A DNA stretch of 64,000 bases, taken from assembly GCA_021432655.1 (NCBI GenBank), contig MU271234.1, forward strand, positions 45,086 through 109,085, written 5' to 3'. Below are positions 30,376 through 43,984 of the stretch, piece by piece. This stretch comes from Atractiella rhizophila (lineage: Eukaryota). The notes beneath the pieces are model-generated. The model worked only from the letters and a program-made list of their open reading frames with translations, was not told the DNA's origin and did no database searches. The translations under genes were made by a program, and so were the position numbers. The stretch's first letter is position 1; every line of letters begins with the position of its first letter.

Positions 30376-31669
30376 TGTTTATTGGAAGCGGGGGGAGAGA
30401 GGGTATATGTGACAGGACAGGAATAAGGAAAGTCTGAGAAGCGGGAGGTGTTGCCAGATTGGGAAGAACTGGGAAACGCCGACGATCTTGAATAATCAGC
30501 AACAAATTTTTTGACTTCAGACAAAGCTTTGAAGAAACAGATTATTGAACGCGTTTGTGGAAATGTTACGGAGTATTGTGCAGCGCATATTACATTGCGG
30601 CGCGCCAGGTTGTGATTCGGTATGATCCCACCTCAACATTGTCATGGTGTGTCTCCGGAAGTGGTTTTGCATTTGACGGACGCGTCGCATCATTGCGGTA
30701 GAGGTATATGCAATATGTTTAGATTTGAGGACTCTCAAAGCCATAAATACAGCATGTTTACTCTGATCGAGCTTGAAGAGGATATGCTGCTTTTATGTCA
30801 TTCACGAACATTAACTATCATTCATGCTGTGAGAATTCGTGTTCTACCTTCTACTTCGTACATGTCAGCTATTATTCAAGCTCTTCTTTAGGAATCCTAG
30901 GTTAGATGAGCTTTGTGCTTTTCTTTCCGGATCTCATTAGATGTAGAAGAAGGACTTCCGGACATGCGTGTTAAAAATGCTAAACGACATTATCGTCTAC
31001 ATCACTGTTTATATCTGACTGAATCTGTCTATCCCTTTCCCTTGCTAGGAGAACTTTTGGTCATATGGGTCCTATTAAGTTAGCAAATTACTACTCTAGG
31101 AGAATATTGAAATTATTGAAATACTGTCAATGTTGGTTGAATAAATGATTACTGATCCTTTGGTCATCCCACCTCTAATCAATCTTATGATTTTTTGTTG
31201 AAGTCCTCTTATTTGTATCAGTAAAGGACGCAATTATTTGCAATTTGGCAGAATAAAATGTAGCATTGCTGCAATTTTTGCTTGTGGCTCGGTAATTTTT
31301 CACCATCTGGTGATCAAGAAGGCATTGAATTTATGAAGTTAAAACGACCTCACGTTTGTTTTCTACCCCTTCCAACGCTTCACTGCAGACAAGATTGTTA
31401 TCAGCAATGTCATCGATGTCCGCGACATTAAATTTGGGAAGCGGTCGGAAATAGCCTTCTGAAATGCGGAGAGGCATTACGCGTCCAGTTGCCCTGGGTA
31501 TAAAAGGCTTTTCGCATGAAACCCTGCTGCAAATCGCCACATTGCTACAATCGAACAACGAACCACAAAGCGAACCCTTTCCCTTTTCCAAGTCGAATAC
31601 CAATTATACAAGGTGAGCTTCTGCTGTAATTACCCAAACCAGGCTGACGCCTGGACTGGATCGATTTAG

Positions 31670-32032
31670 ATGTCATCTGCAGGAAAGAAGAAACGATGCG
31701 CTTATCTATCAGCTTCCCCTTCTGTCACACCTACTTCTTCCTCCAACAACACACCTTCGACTTCAACCCCTCAACCAGTCCAAGCACCCACGACACCCGC
31801 TGAAGCCTTGCTATCCCCTCCTCCGCCACCAGTGCAATGTTCTTCCGCAGCCCTTAGGATGGTAGGGCACTGCCCACATTGCGATCGGACGTATTGTGCG
31901 AAGCATAGGCTACCAGAGGATCATAAGTGTCTTGGATTGGAGGGAATCAAGGGGAGAGCGTTCGAGATGAATAAAGAGAAGTTGGAGAGGGAAGCGAAGG
32001 AGGCAGCGAGGGGACCGGTTGCTGCTGTCTAA
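31670..32032 (+). CDS. AN1-type zinc finger protein
   Basis: QCSSAALRMVGHCPHCDRTYCAKHRLPEDHKC; 5'UTR intron ends just before the ATG; TATAAAA at ~31499. Confidence 0.85.
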   Translation: MSSAGKKKRCAYLSASPSVTPTSSSNNTPSTSTPQPVQAPTTPAEALLSPPPPPVQCSSAALRMVGHCPHCDRTYCAKHRLPEDHKCLGLEGIKGRAFEMNKEKLEREAKEAARGPVAAV

Positions 32033-32410
32033 GCAAACATGGCAGGAGAAGGTGTGTTCTCCAGCAGATCCATGTTGGATGGGTGCGGAGGTTGAAAGAT
32101 GTCCAGTCATTGCATGTTCATTTGTTTGTTTGTTTTTAGTATTCCCATCTTTTTGATATCCATGCCATCCATAATAATACCTTGCATCACCCATTCATTC
32201 CTACCGTAACAGCAATCGTGCCACGAAGTTATCCGACTCCACACGACTCAAGGACAAAGCAGCCGAGATTCGGCATCCGTGTTTCCCTTAAAGTGACGAT
32301 GCGGGAGCTGCAGCTCCAGCCAAAAAAAAACAGAAACTACTCAGGGACGTGGGGTTGAGGCTGAGGTCGACTGTCTTGAGCAGCAAAGAGCAAGGAACAT
32401 CTTGCAAAGC

Positions 32411-34597
32411 ATGAGTTTGGATGCCCGCTTAAACTCAATCGAGGTAGAGGAAGTCGATCGGCCCGCCAGGCCGGACCTCAAAGACGATGAAGAGGACTTG
32501 GAAGCGCAAGACAGAAAATCAAGCGAAACAGTCGTTGAAGGTGTGCATCCAGCTTCTCAATGGGAGCTACATATGAAGCAATTAGTGGAACATTGCCATT
32601 AATTGAATATTGGTGATTGATGATTGTGAACAGAGAAGGAGCTTGACATCGAACACCTTCCCGTGCCTGACGATCCGAGAGCGTGGTCGAGCGCAAAGAA
32701 GAACTTTGTCCTGTTCAGTGTTTCGATATGTTCAGTATGTGCGACATTGGGGGCGAATATCTACTTTCCTGCCATCGCGAACCTGCAAAAGGATCTTGAT
32801 GCTTCAGATTCCGGTACACATTCAGTAATTAAGGAATATTCCAAAGTAGCCAACTGGAACCGGTTACGATAGATATATCACTTTCGGTTTCCCTGTTTAT
32901 CGTAACTCAAGGAGTCTTTCCTCTCATTTGGTCATCAATATCAGAGTTAAAGGTCAGGTCATCCTTTTCATTCAACTTTCCATAACTAAACAATCTGCAA
33001 CAGGGCAGGAAGAAGATATACCTATCGAGCATGCTAGTTTACATTGTTGGGGCTATCGTCGCGGCTCGTTGCACCTCCATCTCCGTGTTCATAGGCATGC
33101 GAATCCTCCAAGCCATAGGCGGTTCCAGCGTGCTCTCCCTTGGAGCTGGGACGCTGAGCGACATTTACGACACACACGAGCGCGGTGCAAAAGTAGGGAT
33201 CTACTACGTCCGTTCTTTCTTCCCTTTTCTCTATCCCTTGAAGACTCGTCGCCGGACAGATGTCGCCCCTGCTTGGGCAGTCTCTAGGACCATTGATTGG
33301 CGGAGCAGTGACGAAAGCGTCAGACTGGAGAGCTACATTCTACCTCATCGTGGCTTACGCCGGTCTTTGCGTTCTCATCCTCCTGTTCTTCCCGGAGACG
33401 TTTCGAAAGGAGCGGTCGGCTGCTTGGCGAGCGGCTCTCAAACGAGCGATCGCTAGTGCAGAGTCAGAGGCGGATACAAAGGCGAAAGAACGAAGGGAGG
33501 AAGATGTTGAGAAGGGGGAGAGGATAGGCAGAAAGCTGACGATTGTCAGTTTGGGAGGAAGTGTTTTACGAGTTCCTACGAAGGATGGAGAGGGTGAAGG
33601 AGTGAAGGTTAAGATCAGTTGGAGGGACTTAAATCCCTTGAGTGCGACAGGGACAGTGTTGAAGCAGTTACACAACATCGTTGCCATCGCCTTTTCAGGT
33701 ATGTCTGCTGCATTTGTCGTATTCTCCTTTGAGAAAGTCTGAATGAAGCACGATGTAGGATTGTTGTTTGGTGCTCAATACTCCATATTTTTCACTGCAG
33801 CACGCGACTTCGCTAAAACACCATATAATTATTCCTCATTAGAAGTTGGGCTCGTGCTTCTCTCATTCGGCGTCGGGAACATTGTGAGTCTCGTCCTTCG
33901 TTTTTCTTATAGAATCTAGTTGGTTTATTCCGTTCGCCTGCATAGATTGGGAGCATCCTCGGCGGCAAGTACTCCGACATCGTACTCGCACGTTTGAAGC
34001 GCAAGAACAACGGTGTTGAACGACCAGGTCTGTTGTTTTCTCTCGCTTTGATATACGGAACGACTGACGAGTAGACACGGCAGAGATGCGCATTCGGAGC
34101 ACGACCATTGCCCTCATCTTCTGGCCACCTTCTGTCCTGGCTTACGCCTGGGCGGTCGATCGTACGGTTGATATCTGGTGGTGTTGTATCATCTTGGTCG
34201 TTGGAGGCTTCTCATGCATGTCTGTTCTTCCCTCATAACCACAGTGCAGAACTTGATGATCATGACAGATGGGCATACACCTCTATTCTAGCTTACATAG
34301 TGGATAAAAACAAAGGTCGTGCGTCAAGCGCAGTCGCTTGCAACTCTCTATTTCGCGGTGAGAATCTCAGTTCAGCAACAGTTCCTCCGGCTGATGTCCT
34401 AGCATGTAGGGGTATTTGCCATGGTTGCCTCGGAGACTGCTCTTCCGTTACAGAAGGCAATAGGCAATGGCTGGCTGTACACGATTTGGTTCGCGCTGAC
34501 CCTTCTGGGAGAAATCAGTGTGGTCTGGATCGGGTGGATGGAGGATCGAAGGATTCAATGGAAGTTTTGGACCCCACGGACAGACGCATCGCAATGA
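32411..34597 (+). CDS. MFS transporter, drug:H+ antiporter (DHA1/QDR-like)
   Basis: DDPRAWSSAKK, ANIYFPAI, GRKKIYL, RILQAIGGSS..GAGTLSDIYDTHERG, GPLIGG..WRATF, FFPETFR. Confidence 0.88.
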
Positions 34598-34781
34598 CTC
34601 CATGAGGATCGGAACTTGAGGATGCTTCAGGCAGGCTTCAGGAGATCACGATAATGGAAATGATGAACATAATGCACATTGTACAGTAGCAAACGTATAC
34701 CCATTCGTGTCCTCCCTCAACAGGGAAGACCCGCCCAACACTCACAATTCTAACCAAAACGTGCTATACGACTTCTGTGAG

Positions 34782-37040
34782 AAGGGCAGCCTAATCTTCC
34801 CAACTACTGATACTGTGGGCTGAGGCGCCAGCGAAACATATTCCTTCCGGATATTTGGCTGGAAGCCTGATGGCGCATTCTGCTTGCAAGTTGTGATCAC
34901 GCCTTCGCAACACTTACTCAACTTCAAACTGCTCAACTACCTTCCCAAAGTTGCTGTGTTCCAGCTTGATAAGTTATGAGAGTGTCAGCAGCTGTTAGAT
35001 CGCCTAATGTTGTGTCGGGATTCTTGGGGTCAGTGGGAAGGACACCTTTGGTGAGTGAGCTCTTTGCAAAACAGGCTTTGATGCCTGAAAGCGTTGAGCT
35101 CCTGAAGCATTTTGTAGACGCGTTGCATCAAAATTCTGGAAACTAGATGAATTATGTGTCGTCAGGCAACTAGATGTTCAAAGCTGTTCAGACAGCGAAT
35201 TGTTATTGGCTGTTAGGGACAGCCTAGAGATGTTTTCTTTGCTCAACAAAAGCATCCTACATCCCCGCCAAAGGAGGCACCAGAAGATACACATAAGGAT
35301 ATAACAAGTAGAGAGAACAGCCACGGTAGTGGCATGCTTTTATCAATTTTGTTAGTGTGGTTGCTCCCGTTTGTTTTCAACATTTGCGTGCTATCCTACC
35401 AGATGCGCCACACAACTGGATAAATCAAGTAATCTGCTAACTCTATCAACTTTCGCCTTATTGAATTATGCTTGTCTAACTAAGAACCTGACTGTCTACT
35501 CTAGATCCGTCTCTCCCACCTCTCAAAAGCGACAGGCTGCGAAATCCTCGCCAAAGCCGAATTCCAAAATCCTGGAGGAAGTGTGAAAGACCGCGCTGCT
35601 CTTGGTTTGATTGAGGAGGGGGAGCGACGCGGTTTGTCCTTCCGCTCTCCTTATGATCACATCAGCTGATTTGTCGGTTTGGCTTGGGCATGGTCGGTAT
35701 CAGGTCTCATTAGAGCTGGAGGAACGATCATCGAAGGTACGGCAGGGAACACTGGCATCGGATTAGCCCACGTGTGTAGGAGCAAGGGGTACAAATGCGT
35801 GATTTACATGCCTAATGTTCGCCCTTGTCCTCTCTTAACGTACAATCTGATGTGGACGTAATTTTCGAATGATGAGCAGACCCAGAGCCAAGAGAAGATA
35901 GACTTATTGAGAATGCTAAAAGGGTAGCCTAATCTTCCCAACTACTGATACTGTGGGCTGATGCGCCAGCGAAACATATTCCTTCCGGATATTTGGCCGG
36001 AAGCCTGATGGCGCATTCTGCTTGCAAGTTGTGATCACGCCTTCGCAACACTTACTCAACTTCAAACTGCTCAACTGGCTTCCCAAAGTTGCTTTATTCC
36101 AGCTTCATAAGTTATGAGAGTGTCAGCAGCTGTTAGATCGCCTAATGTTGTGTCGGGATTCTTGGGGTCAGTGGGAAGGACACCTTTGGTGAGTGAGCTT
36201 GCAAAACAGGCTTTCATGCATGAAAGCGTTGAGCTCCTGAAGCATTTGCGGACGAAAATTCTAGAAACTAGATGAAGCATGTGTCATCAGGCAACTAAGA
36301 TGCTCAAAGCCGTTAGGACAGCGAATTGATTTGCTGTAGCGACAGATGTTTTCTTGCTCAACAAAGCATCCTACGTCGCCGTCAAGGAGGCACCAGAAGA
36401 TACACATAAGGATATAGCAAGTAGAGAGAACAGCCACGGTAGTGGCATGCTTTTATCAATTTTTGTTATGTGATTCTCCCATTTGTTTTCTACATTTCCG
36501 TGCCATCCAACCGGATGCGCCAAACAACAGGATAAATCAAGTAATCTGCTAACCCGCTCAACTTTTTGTCTTATGGGATAATTCTTGTCTAACTAAGAAC
36601 CTGGCTGTCTACTCTAGATCCGTCTCTCCCACCTCTCAAAAGCGACAGGCTGCGAAATCCTCGCCAAAGCCGAATTCCAAAATCCTGGAGGGAGCGTGAA
36701 AGACCGGGCTGCTCTTGGTTTGATTGAGGAGGGGGAGCGACGCGGTGTGTCCATCCACTCTCCTTATGATCACATTAGCTGATTTGATAATTTATCAATT
36801 TGACTTGGGCATGGTCGACATACAGGTCTCGTTAGAGCTGGAGGAACGATCATCGAAGGTACGGCAGGGAACACTGGCATTGGATTAGCCCATGTGTGTA
36901 GGAGCAAGGGGTACAAATGCGTGATTTACATGCCTAATGTTCGCCCTTGTCCTCTCTTAACATACAATCTGATGTGGACGTAATTCTCGAATGATGAGCA
37001 GACCCAGAGCCAGGAGAAGATAGACTTATTGAGAATGCTA
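34782..37040. repeat. Direct tandem duplication (~1.14 kb units, 34782-35918 and 35920-37040) of the cysteine synthase promoter and 5' exons
   Basis: Both units begin aagggYagcctaatcttcccaactactgatactgtggg and stay collinear through ...gagaagatagacttattgagaatgcta. Confidence 0.92.
34976..35927 (+). pseudogene. 3'-truncated copy of cysteine synthase (partial duplicate or mis-assembled allele)
   Basis: Same exons as the full gene ([34 protein letters not shown]) but ends [19 protein letters not shown] at the repeat junction. Confidence 0.75.
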
Positions 37041-38046
37041 GGAGCCGAAGTGTACCCAGTTCCGGGTCCGTTATTCTTTCTTTCCTTCTTGTCAAGTGAA
37101 GTTGAAATGTTTTGCAGCGGTTGCATATGAGAATCCTGAGAATTACAATCACCGTAATTTCTTCCCTTTTCTCCTCGCAGCCGTTCTCTGGTGCTCATTG
37201 TGAGTGTAGAAGCAAAGCGGCACGCAGAACGGACAGAAAATGCCTTCTGGACTGACCAGTTCGGTGAGTCTCTCATCTTCATTCGTCCAAGCGTCGGCAC
37301 CAACTCGAGTCAGACAATCCATCAAACGCACGGTATCACCAAGTAACTACTGGACCGGAAATCCTATCCGCACTCTCCTCCCTGACATCCACGTCTCCCT
37401 CGTCTCTTGGATTCATCTGCTCCACTGGCACTGGGGGCACGCTTGCAGGCGTGACTCTCGCTCTGAAGGAGAAGAGCAAGGATATCCAGTGTTACCTGGC
37501 CGATCCGCCTGGTTCTGTGCTCTCTGGATATTTTGAAAGCGGAAAGAAGAACCTGGGCGAGAGGAAAGGGAGCAGTATCACCGAAGGTATTGGACAAGGC
37601 AGGGTCACTGGGAACCTTCAGCTCGCAGTGGACGCCATCGACGGGTAAGTCTCCCCTTTTCTTCTTGCCTTGGTCCTAGCTGGAATGACTGTATCTGAGT
37701 ATGATGTGTGGTATTTGGCGTATAGTGCATTCCATATTCCCGATGAAGAGTCGATAGAGATGGTCTACCGCCTACTTGATGAAGAGGGAATCTACGTCGG
37801 TGCCTCTTCCGCCCTTAACGTGGTGGCTGCCACCAAGTTGGCCAAGAAGATGGGCAAGGGTTCGACGGTGGTCACTGTGCTCGCAGATGGCGCCTATCGG
37901 TCCGTACCTCTCCCTCTCTTTCTCAATCTTGCATTGACTGTGGAAATAGGTATCAATCCCGATTGTTCAGCAAGAAGTGGATCGAGAGTAAAGGGCTCTG
38001 GGGTGCCATTCCGCAATCGTTGCAGAAGTATGCAACATTACCTTGA
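36114..38046 (+). CDS. Cysteine synthase (O-acetylserine sulfhydrylase, PLP-dependent)
   Basis: [61 protein letters not shown]. Confidence 0.93.
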
Positions 38047-38535
38047 TTCATTCCCAGTGTAGCATGTTATACTTAGAATGCAAGAGATTGTCAAAATCAT
38101 CGGATTGCGCTATGAGTTGTCACAAAAACATCAAGGTACCCGTACGACATGACCAGAACCTTAGCTCTCTACTACTATGTACTCGACTCGTTCAAGATGA
38201 AGAAAAATTCAAAGGAACGGAGAATAAAGCCCTATTATATTTGCTTCGTGCGGTGAAGAGGAGGGAGGGATGAATTGAACATGAGAGAAAACAAAGGCGA
38301 AGCGGGAATAAAAAGAGGATAGGGCTGTGTATTCGATGGCATATTGAAATGACTGTGTATGACCTTTGCTTGAGTCTTGTTCAAAGGCAGTGGGAGAGGA
38401 GAAAATCGAAAGACATTGGAAGTGACTGAAATGATGATACAGAACAGACAAAATGATGGAGAAACCCATGGCCCATGCCACGAAAACCAATAGCCACGTA
38501 GTCACACTCCGGCGGAGTACCAATCTAATAAAAAG

Positions 38536-38716
38536 NNNNNNNNNNNNNNNNNNNNNNNNNNNNNNNNNNNNNNNNNNNNNNNNNNNNNNNNNNNNNNNNN
38601 NNNNNNNNNNNNNNNNNNNNNNNNNNNNNNNNNNNNNNNNNNNNNNNNNNNNNNNNNNNNNNNNNNNNNNNNNNNNNNNNNNNNNNNNNNNNNNNNNNNN
38701 NNNNNNNNNNNNNNNN
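38536..38716. other. Assembly gap (run of N)
   Basis: Continuous Ns. Confidence 1.
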
Positions 38717-38775
38717 GCTTGAGCTACGCAAACACGTTACGTAAGGGTCCGACCAACTAATGTTTCCGTACAGAA

Positions 38776-40965
38776 CTACGTTTCAAGCTGTGATGGCCTC
38801 CACTCTTTCTGTTCCTGCTCCTCCGTGTTCACCCTTAGCTCCCTCCCTACCTGTAATTCCAAGGACCCTACGTACCCTGGCAGTCCGAACGCTTCCCATT
38901 CTCCCTCCTCCCTACCTTTCCACCACAAACCCTCTCCACCTTCGTAACCACCTTCTTCTGGATTCGTGAGATAAGGAGGGAGTGTGAAAATGTAATATCT
39001 AGGTGTCATGTGCGCCTCGAGGCTCGAGAGGCTTCGCGGCGGTGGCCTAGGAGGATCCTTTCTTTGATGGAGCGATTGACTTGGAGGCGTCGCCTGCTGC
39101 TCCGATAAGAGTGGCGCCGCGGTGTTAGGCGTGGTGACAGGAGTTGTATCCTCCGTAATCCTACCATCATCAAGCTCGTCCGTCTCCTCCCCACTCGCAC
39201 CTTCCGTCTCTTCCGAATCGCTCGCCTGCTGCCTTTGCAATTCGAAGCCCAGCAAACTCGGCCGCCTTGGTCTATCATTGATAGGAGCCTCCTTCGGGTC
39301 ACCAAAAGGGTCGGAATCGCTCCTTGAGCGCAGAGAGGGATTGGAGGCGATGGTGGGAAGGCGATTGGTTTGGCGGGTGGGACGACGAGATGGTGGTGGG
39401 GGCGGTGGTTTCTTCTTCTGTGCACCACCCTGCTCTCCATCCGCGGTCGGTACAACGAAAGACATAGCTTGGCGGACCGTTGCATGGGAGGAGACGGATG
39501 ACCCGAGCTCGTTGGAGTGGGAATGAGAATGCACATCCTCCTCCGTCGTGCTGGTCGTGTACGCAGAACTAGGCCGCGAACGCATATCCACCAATCTTTC
39601 GCTACATCCCAAAAGACCTTTCAAGAGATGAACAGTGTCGTCCATCCACTCTCCTCCTCCAGCTTCCAACAATGCTGCCTCATCAACTTCCCACTCGACC
39701 CTCCTCTCCGATGCTCCTCCCTTCCCACTCCTCCTCTGCACGTTCAAAGCCATATACAATCCCCTCGCGAAGGGATGGGTCCCCGGAAGGGAGTTCGTGC
39801 AGTTCCTCCCGATCCAGCGTCGGAGACCACGGTATCGGTTAGTGCGGGCGTCCCGCCCTTTAGGCGCAAATTCAGGCTTCGTCGAGAGAAGTAGCTGCCG
39901 AAGTTTCGAACGTCGGTCAGCGAGAGAGTCTGCATGGAATTGGGCCCGAATGCGCGCTTGGATCTTTGAAAAGATTGGACGGATCGAAGGAGGTTGGAGT
40001 CGGAGCAGTTTGTCGATTTGTGCGCCAGCTGTGGGAGAGTGATCATAATAAAGCTCGCGACATAGCTTGATAAAACATTTCAGTATGCATACTTTGATGT
40101 AGACTAAAAAGGTGGGAGAGGATGAGAACTGAACGTCAATTTCTCTCGTTCGCATTGAAGGTAGCGAAGCTCATCGTTAGAGGATATCTCCATCCTCCCT
40201 TATCACTCTTGACAGTAATCGCAAGCTCTCTCATTTGGGCCCGAAGAATTAGCGGGAGTAAACGTCAAAGAGCGGCTCTGATAGCGAAGGCCTTTCATTA
40301 CTGCTTTATTAATTAATTTTCCTTCGATGGGTAGGAATAGAGCAACACCGAAGATCTCCCCTATGTACTCCTCAATTTCCTGAATGAAAGCGCGAGTCTT
40401 TTGGCACCCTCACCCAACTTCAATCCGAATGCTTGGCAATCAATGCAGTATATCGGAAGCTAATGGGAACGGCGCACATTCCAACGCTCTCGAACACGTA
40501 GTGGATAACATTAGAAGCAATTTATAGTTACTTCTCAGAAAGAAGCACAGTGGCCGGGATGGCAAAATCATCTCTTATCTCATAGAGATGGATGTAGAGC
40601 CATTTCTGACGCCTCCCTGCAAATGCAAATGAAGGAAGTAAAGTAACTCTCAGTGGCGGAGATTTCTCCCTCCAATTACTCAACCTCAAACACCCAGAAA
40701 ATTGAAGAAGCCATACCTGTTCAAACCTCTCCATATCTCCTTCATCCGGCTCTACGACTTCCCGTTCCCGCCTCCCGGCACTGATAGCACTGAATGCACT
40801 CCCTCCATTGCTGCCCAAAGCAGGAGAAACAGGACTATTCCTCCATCCGGCTCCCGCTCCTGTCGAACTAGCGCTTGCTAGAGTGGGTGATCGAATGTTC
40901 CCTGTGCGGGAAGGAGAGTTGTTGCTGGACAGTGAGGAGAGGTTGAGGGGTGGAGGACGGGACAT
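38776..40965 (-). CDS. Hypothetical protein; 3' end uncertain near the gap
   Basis: Exon MSRPPPLNLSS...MERFEQ spliced over a ~650-nt intron to a long ORF LCRELYYDH...GTHPFARGL...RRVEWEVDEAALLEAGG...FTLPPYLTNPE. Confidence 0.7.
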
Positions 40966-42161
40966 CCTCTATCTATTCGTGCTGGAGTGATACTCGCCTT
41001 TCCTCGCTGCTTGATACTGAAGGAAAGGGAGAAGAAGTTGGTCGTTCGTTGCCGAAACGAAACGACGACCAAGTCTCTTGAAACACGAAGCACGACTAAG
41101 ACGCCTTCTACGTCTGCCTATTAAAGAGGGACTCGGATAATGTCATATCGCCTGATGTCGATGTCCTGTGATATCTAGCATTCGTCACCCGGGCTGGCCA
41201 CCACAGAATGGGACGGCGGAGTTGTTTCCAATTGGGCACCAGCCAACCCCACCCCATGATCATTCAATGAGCATATGTGGCAGGGTTCGGAGATGCTGCA
41301 TGGATGTGATGAGATTATTCATGAGGATGGCATCTCCGGTGAGTGGAAAGTGACAGATTGAGAGGGTTGTGAGATGTGGAATGATTCCCAAAAGCTTTGG
41401 TTCAAGCTTCAGCTTCAGCAGAGCGCAGAGATTTCTGAGGTTGATCAAGGCTAAACTTGTGGGCATTTTTGCAACTTCGTGTTCAACTGAAGCTCGTCCT
41501 CTCTCAATGAATGATCCGCTGTGAGCTCGATTCCCAAAGTATTCCGATCTCATTGGGGTGGACCATTTACTTTGCGTGCTTGCAAAATTCCGACAAAGTA
41601 TGATGTAACCCCATCCTATCCTAACGTTAACTTACCATACTCGAAAAAAATATCAGTTATTTCACACAACATTCGTATTTTGGCTCTGGAATTGTTAATA
41701 TTTCACATGGCATTATTCAAGTGTTTGAAAATCGGCCACAAAACTGCTTCACTGTCAAGCTAATTTGTGAATCCGATCTAAAAGAAAGAAGAACCATTGC
41801 ACATCGATGCTCTCTCGCGGGCGTTTTTCATGCGTACTCACATACGCCTGGTCTTTGATAAATTATCTTGCACAGGATCATAGATGCAAACGATATGGCG
41901 CTTCCTTCTTCCTTCGTTCCTTAACGCTGCTTCCCTTCTTCGCTGTTCACAGTTCTCAGCCAGGTCAACGTTAATACCTCAGCAGGGACTAACGGCTGCA
42001 GTCGTGAGTTCCAACATAAATGCTAGTACGCAGTTTTCTACAAGTTCTCATCCCTGCAATGCTGTTTCGTCTCCCTCCTCTAAGGGCATGAAACGAAAGG
42101 CTAGTCCGAGGCCTCTTAGGACATAAACTTGCAGTACTTTTTTGTATTACAAAGAGGTAGT

Positions 42162-42861
42162 TCACCAATGAGCAGCAGTGATTATATCTTGGCTAATTGC
42201 GTTTACTTCATCCTCGGTCATGTTTTCGTGGAACCATCGTTCTTCTTCCTTGATCTGTATTTCGTTCCCTTTTTGGGTCATGACGGCATTTCAGTGTGAG
42301 ATCAAAAAACTAGAGATAAACCTGACCTGACATCTGGCGCTTCGCCATTAACCCGTTCGGTGCGAAAGTCCAATCCTCCAACCCATCTTCTCACCGGGAT
42401 CATTATCTGCTTCTCGCTGGTCACAATGAACGACTTACAGCAACGGAACCATTGCTGCTCCAGCTCACTGAAGTATTCATACCAAAATCTATCGAACCAT
42501 TTCGGCCTCAATCTTTGGGCAGGAACAAAGCCACGTACTGCACAGCGATCTTATTGTCAGTAAAAGCAAAAAGCTCTTTCCTTAACTTGTACTTCTTCTC
42601 TCTCTGCCATTTCGCCGTAAGAAATACTTTCACCGCTTCTCGACCCGTCAAAAAAATGTGTCTATTGCGCCATATCGTGTCTATCGCAATAATTATGCCT
42701 CCATGATACAATATGGTAGTAGTTCGAAGCTCACCTTCCGTGTAGGCAAAAGGGACACGCTCGGGGTCTTTGGTGTTCCAAGCAGCTTGAGCAGCTTTCA
42801 CCTTTTGCGTAGCCGTCTCGAAAGTAAAAGGAGGAAGCGGAGGACGAGATTCTGATGACAT
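42162..42861 (-). CDS. DUF1348 / SnoaL-like (NTF2-fold) protein
   Basis: RPPLPPFTFETATQKVKAAQAAWNTKDPERV, IWRNR..F..GR, WQREKKYKLRKELFAF..NKIAVQ|FWYE, GLEDWTF; TATAAA upstream at ~42950. Confidence 0.85.
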
Positions 42862-43984
42862 GATGCTTCTGGGCCGTCTTCCCTATGACTTCAAATACTT
42901 TGGTGCAGTGAGTGAACCAGTGAAGGATCAGAATCGAGTCGCTGGCTTTATATAATTTATACAGCCACGGCCATGTCAACAAGATCACCGATGCCTGGTC
43001 GGAGAACGTCGTTGGGACAAAGATGAATCTTCCCTTTGAGGAGGACGGATCTCTCCGCATCCGCCATGTCAAGGATCAAGGCATATCAGGACGACTCAGG
43101 AGAAAGAATATGCAGCTCTGAGGAACAACGCGCAATCTCCAATCCATTGTTTGAAGTGTAGTAGACTGGGGCTAGGGCTATTTGCGCAAGCTTCAAGTCA
43201 TCACGCCAAAATTGCTTACTCAGTACCTCAACGACTTCAACCACATTGCGCCCAGCACCTGGCGCACACGCTGCTTCATCTTCAGAGTGAGATGCACCAA
43301 CGCCTTAGATTGTCGCCTTTAATTCCCGTGGTACAGGGAATGAAATGAATGATCTGACGTCTCGCAAATGATTTGTCGCTGTGAACGCATGAACGGGGTT
43401 TCCGTGCTTGTACACACTTTTTCCTTTCAGCGATGATGCCGCAGCGTCCGCTCTATTGTAGCATAAATCTATAACAATCCTCATCAGCTCATCAGCATAA
43501 CTCTATCTCTATTTTCTGGCAAGAAGTGCGAGTCGTGGTAAATTCGAGGATGCCATGCAGCACGCAGCGTTGTGGTGCCCTGCACACATGATGATAGTGC
43601 ATTTCCTGAAGGAAGTTCCAACCTAGGTCTTTTGTAGTGCTGCATTGCTGAACTCGGGCAGGGTCCAACTCGTTGGAAGTGAGCCCTTCCGTTCGTCCTG
43701 CTTCGTCTCGTCCCGTTCGTTCAAGAGCGTAAATGGCGTTTCGAGCTTTGTTGCCCACGTCGCTTTTACAGCCAGTGGTGTCTCGAGGTCGTGCCAGGTC
43801 ATATCATGTATTGCCAAGGAAAATAAAGGCCCATACAGAAGGCGAGGAGAAGGCAGTGTCCTGCTTGCACGAGCCACTATCTGAATCTCTTAAAACTAGT
43901 TGCTCTCACATATATCTCACATGGGAGCATTGACCATTTTCTGTGACTTGTTGCAGCGTTTTCTACTATTCTGATAGCGAAATA

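Noticed and set aside
30500..31500. AT-rich kilobase between PMR1 and the AN1 gene
   Set aside because: No repeats, TIRs or coding signal found; treated as a divergent promoter region.
31700..31835. Ser/Thr/Pro insertion between the first two Cys of the AN1 finger
   Set aside because: Simple low-complexity linker; the remaining ligands are intact.
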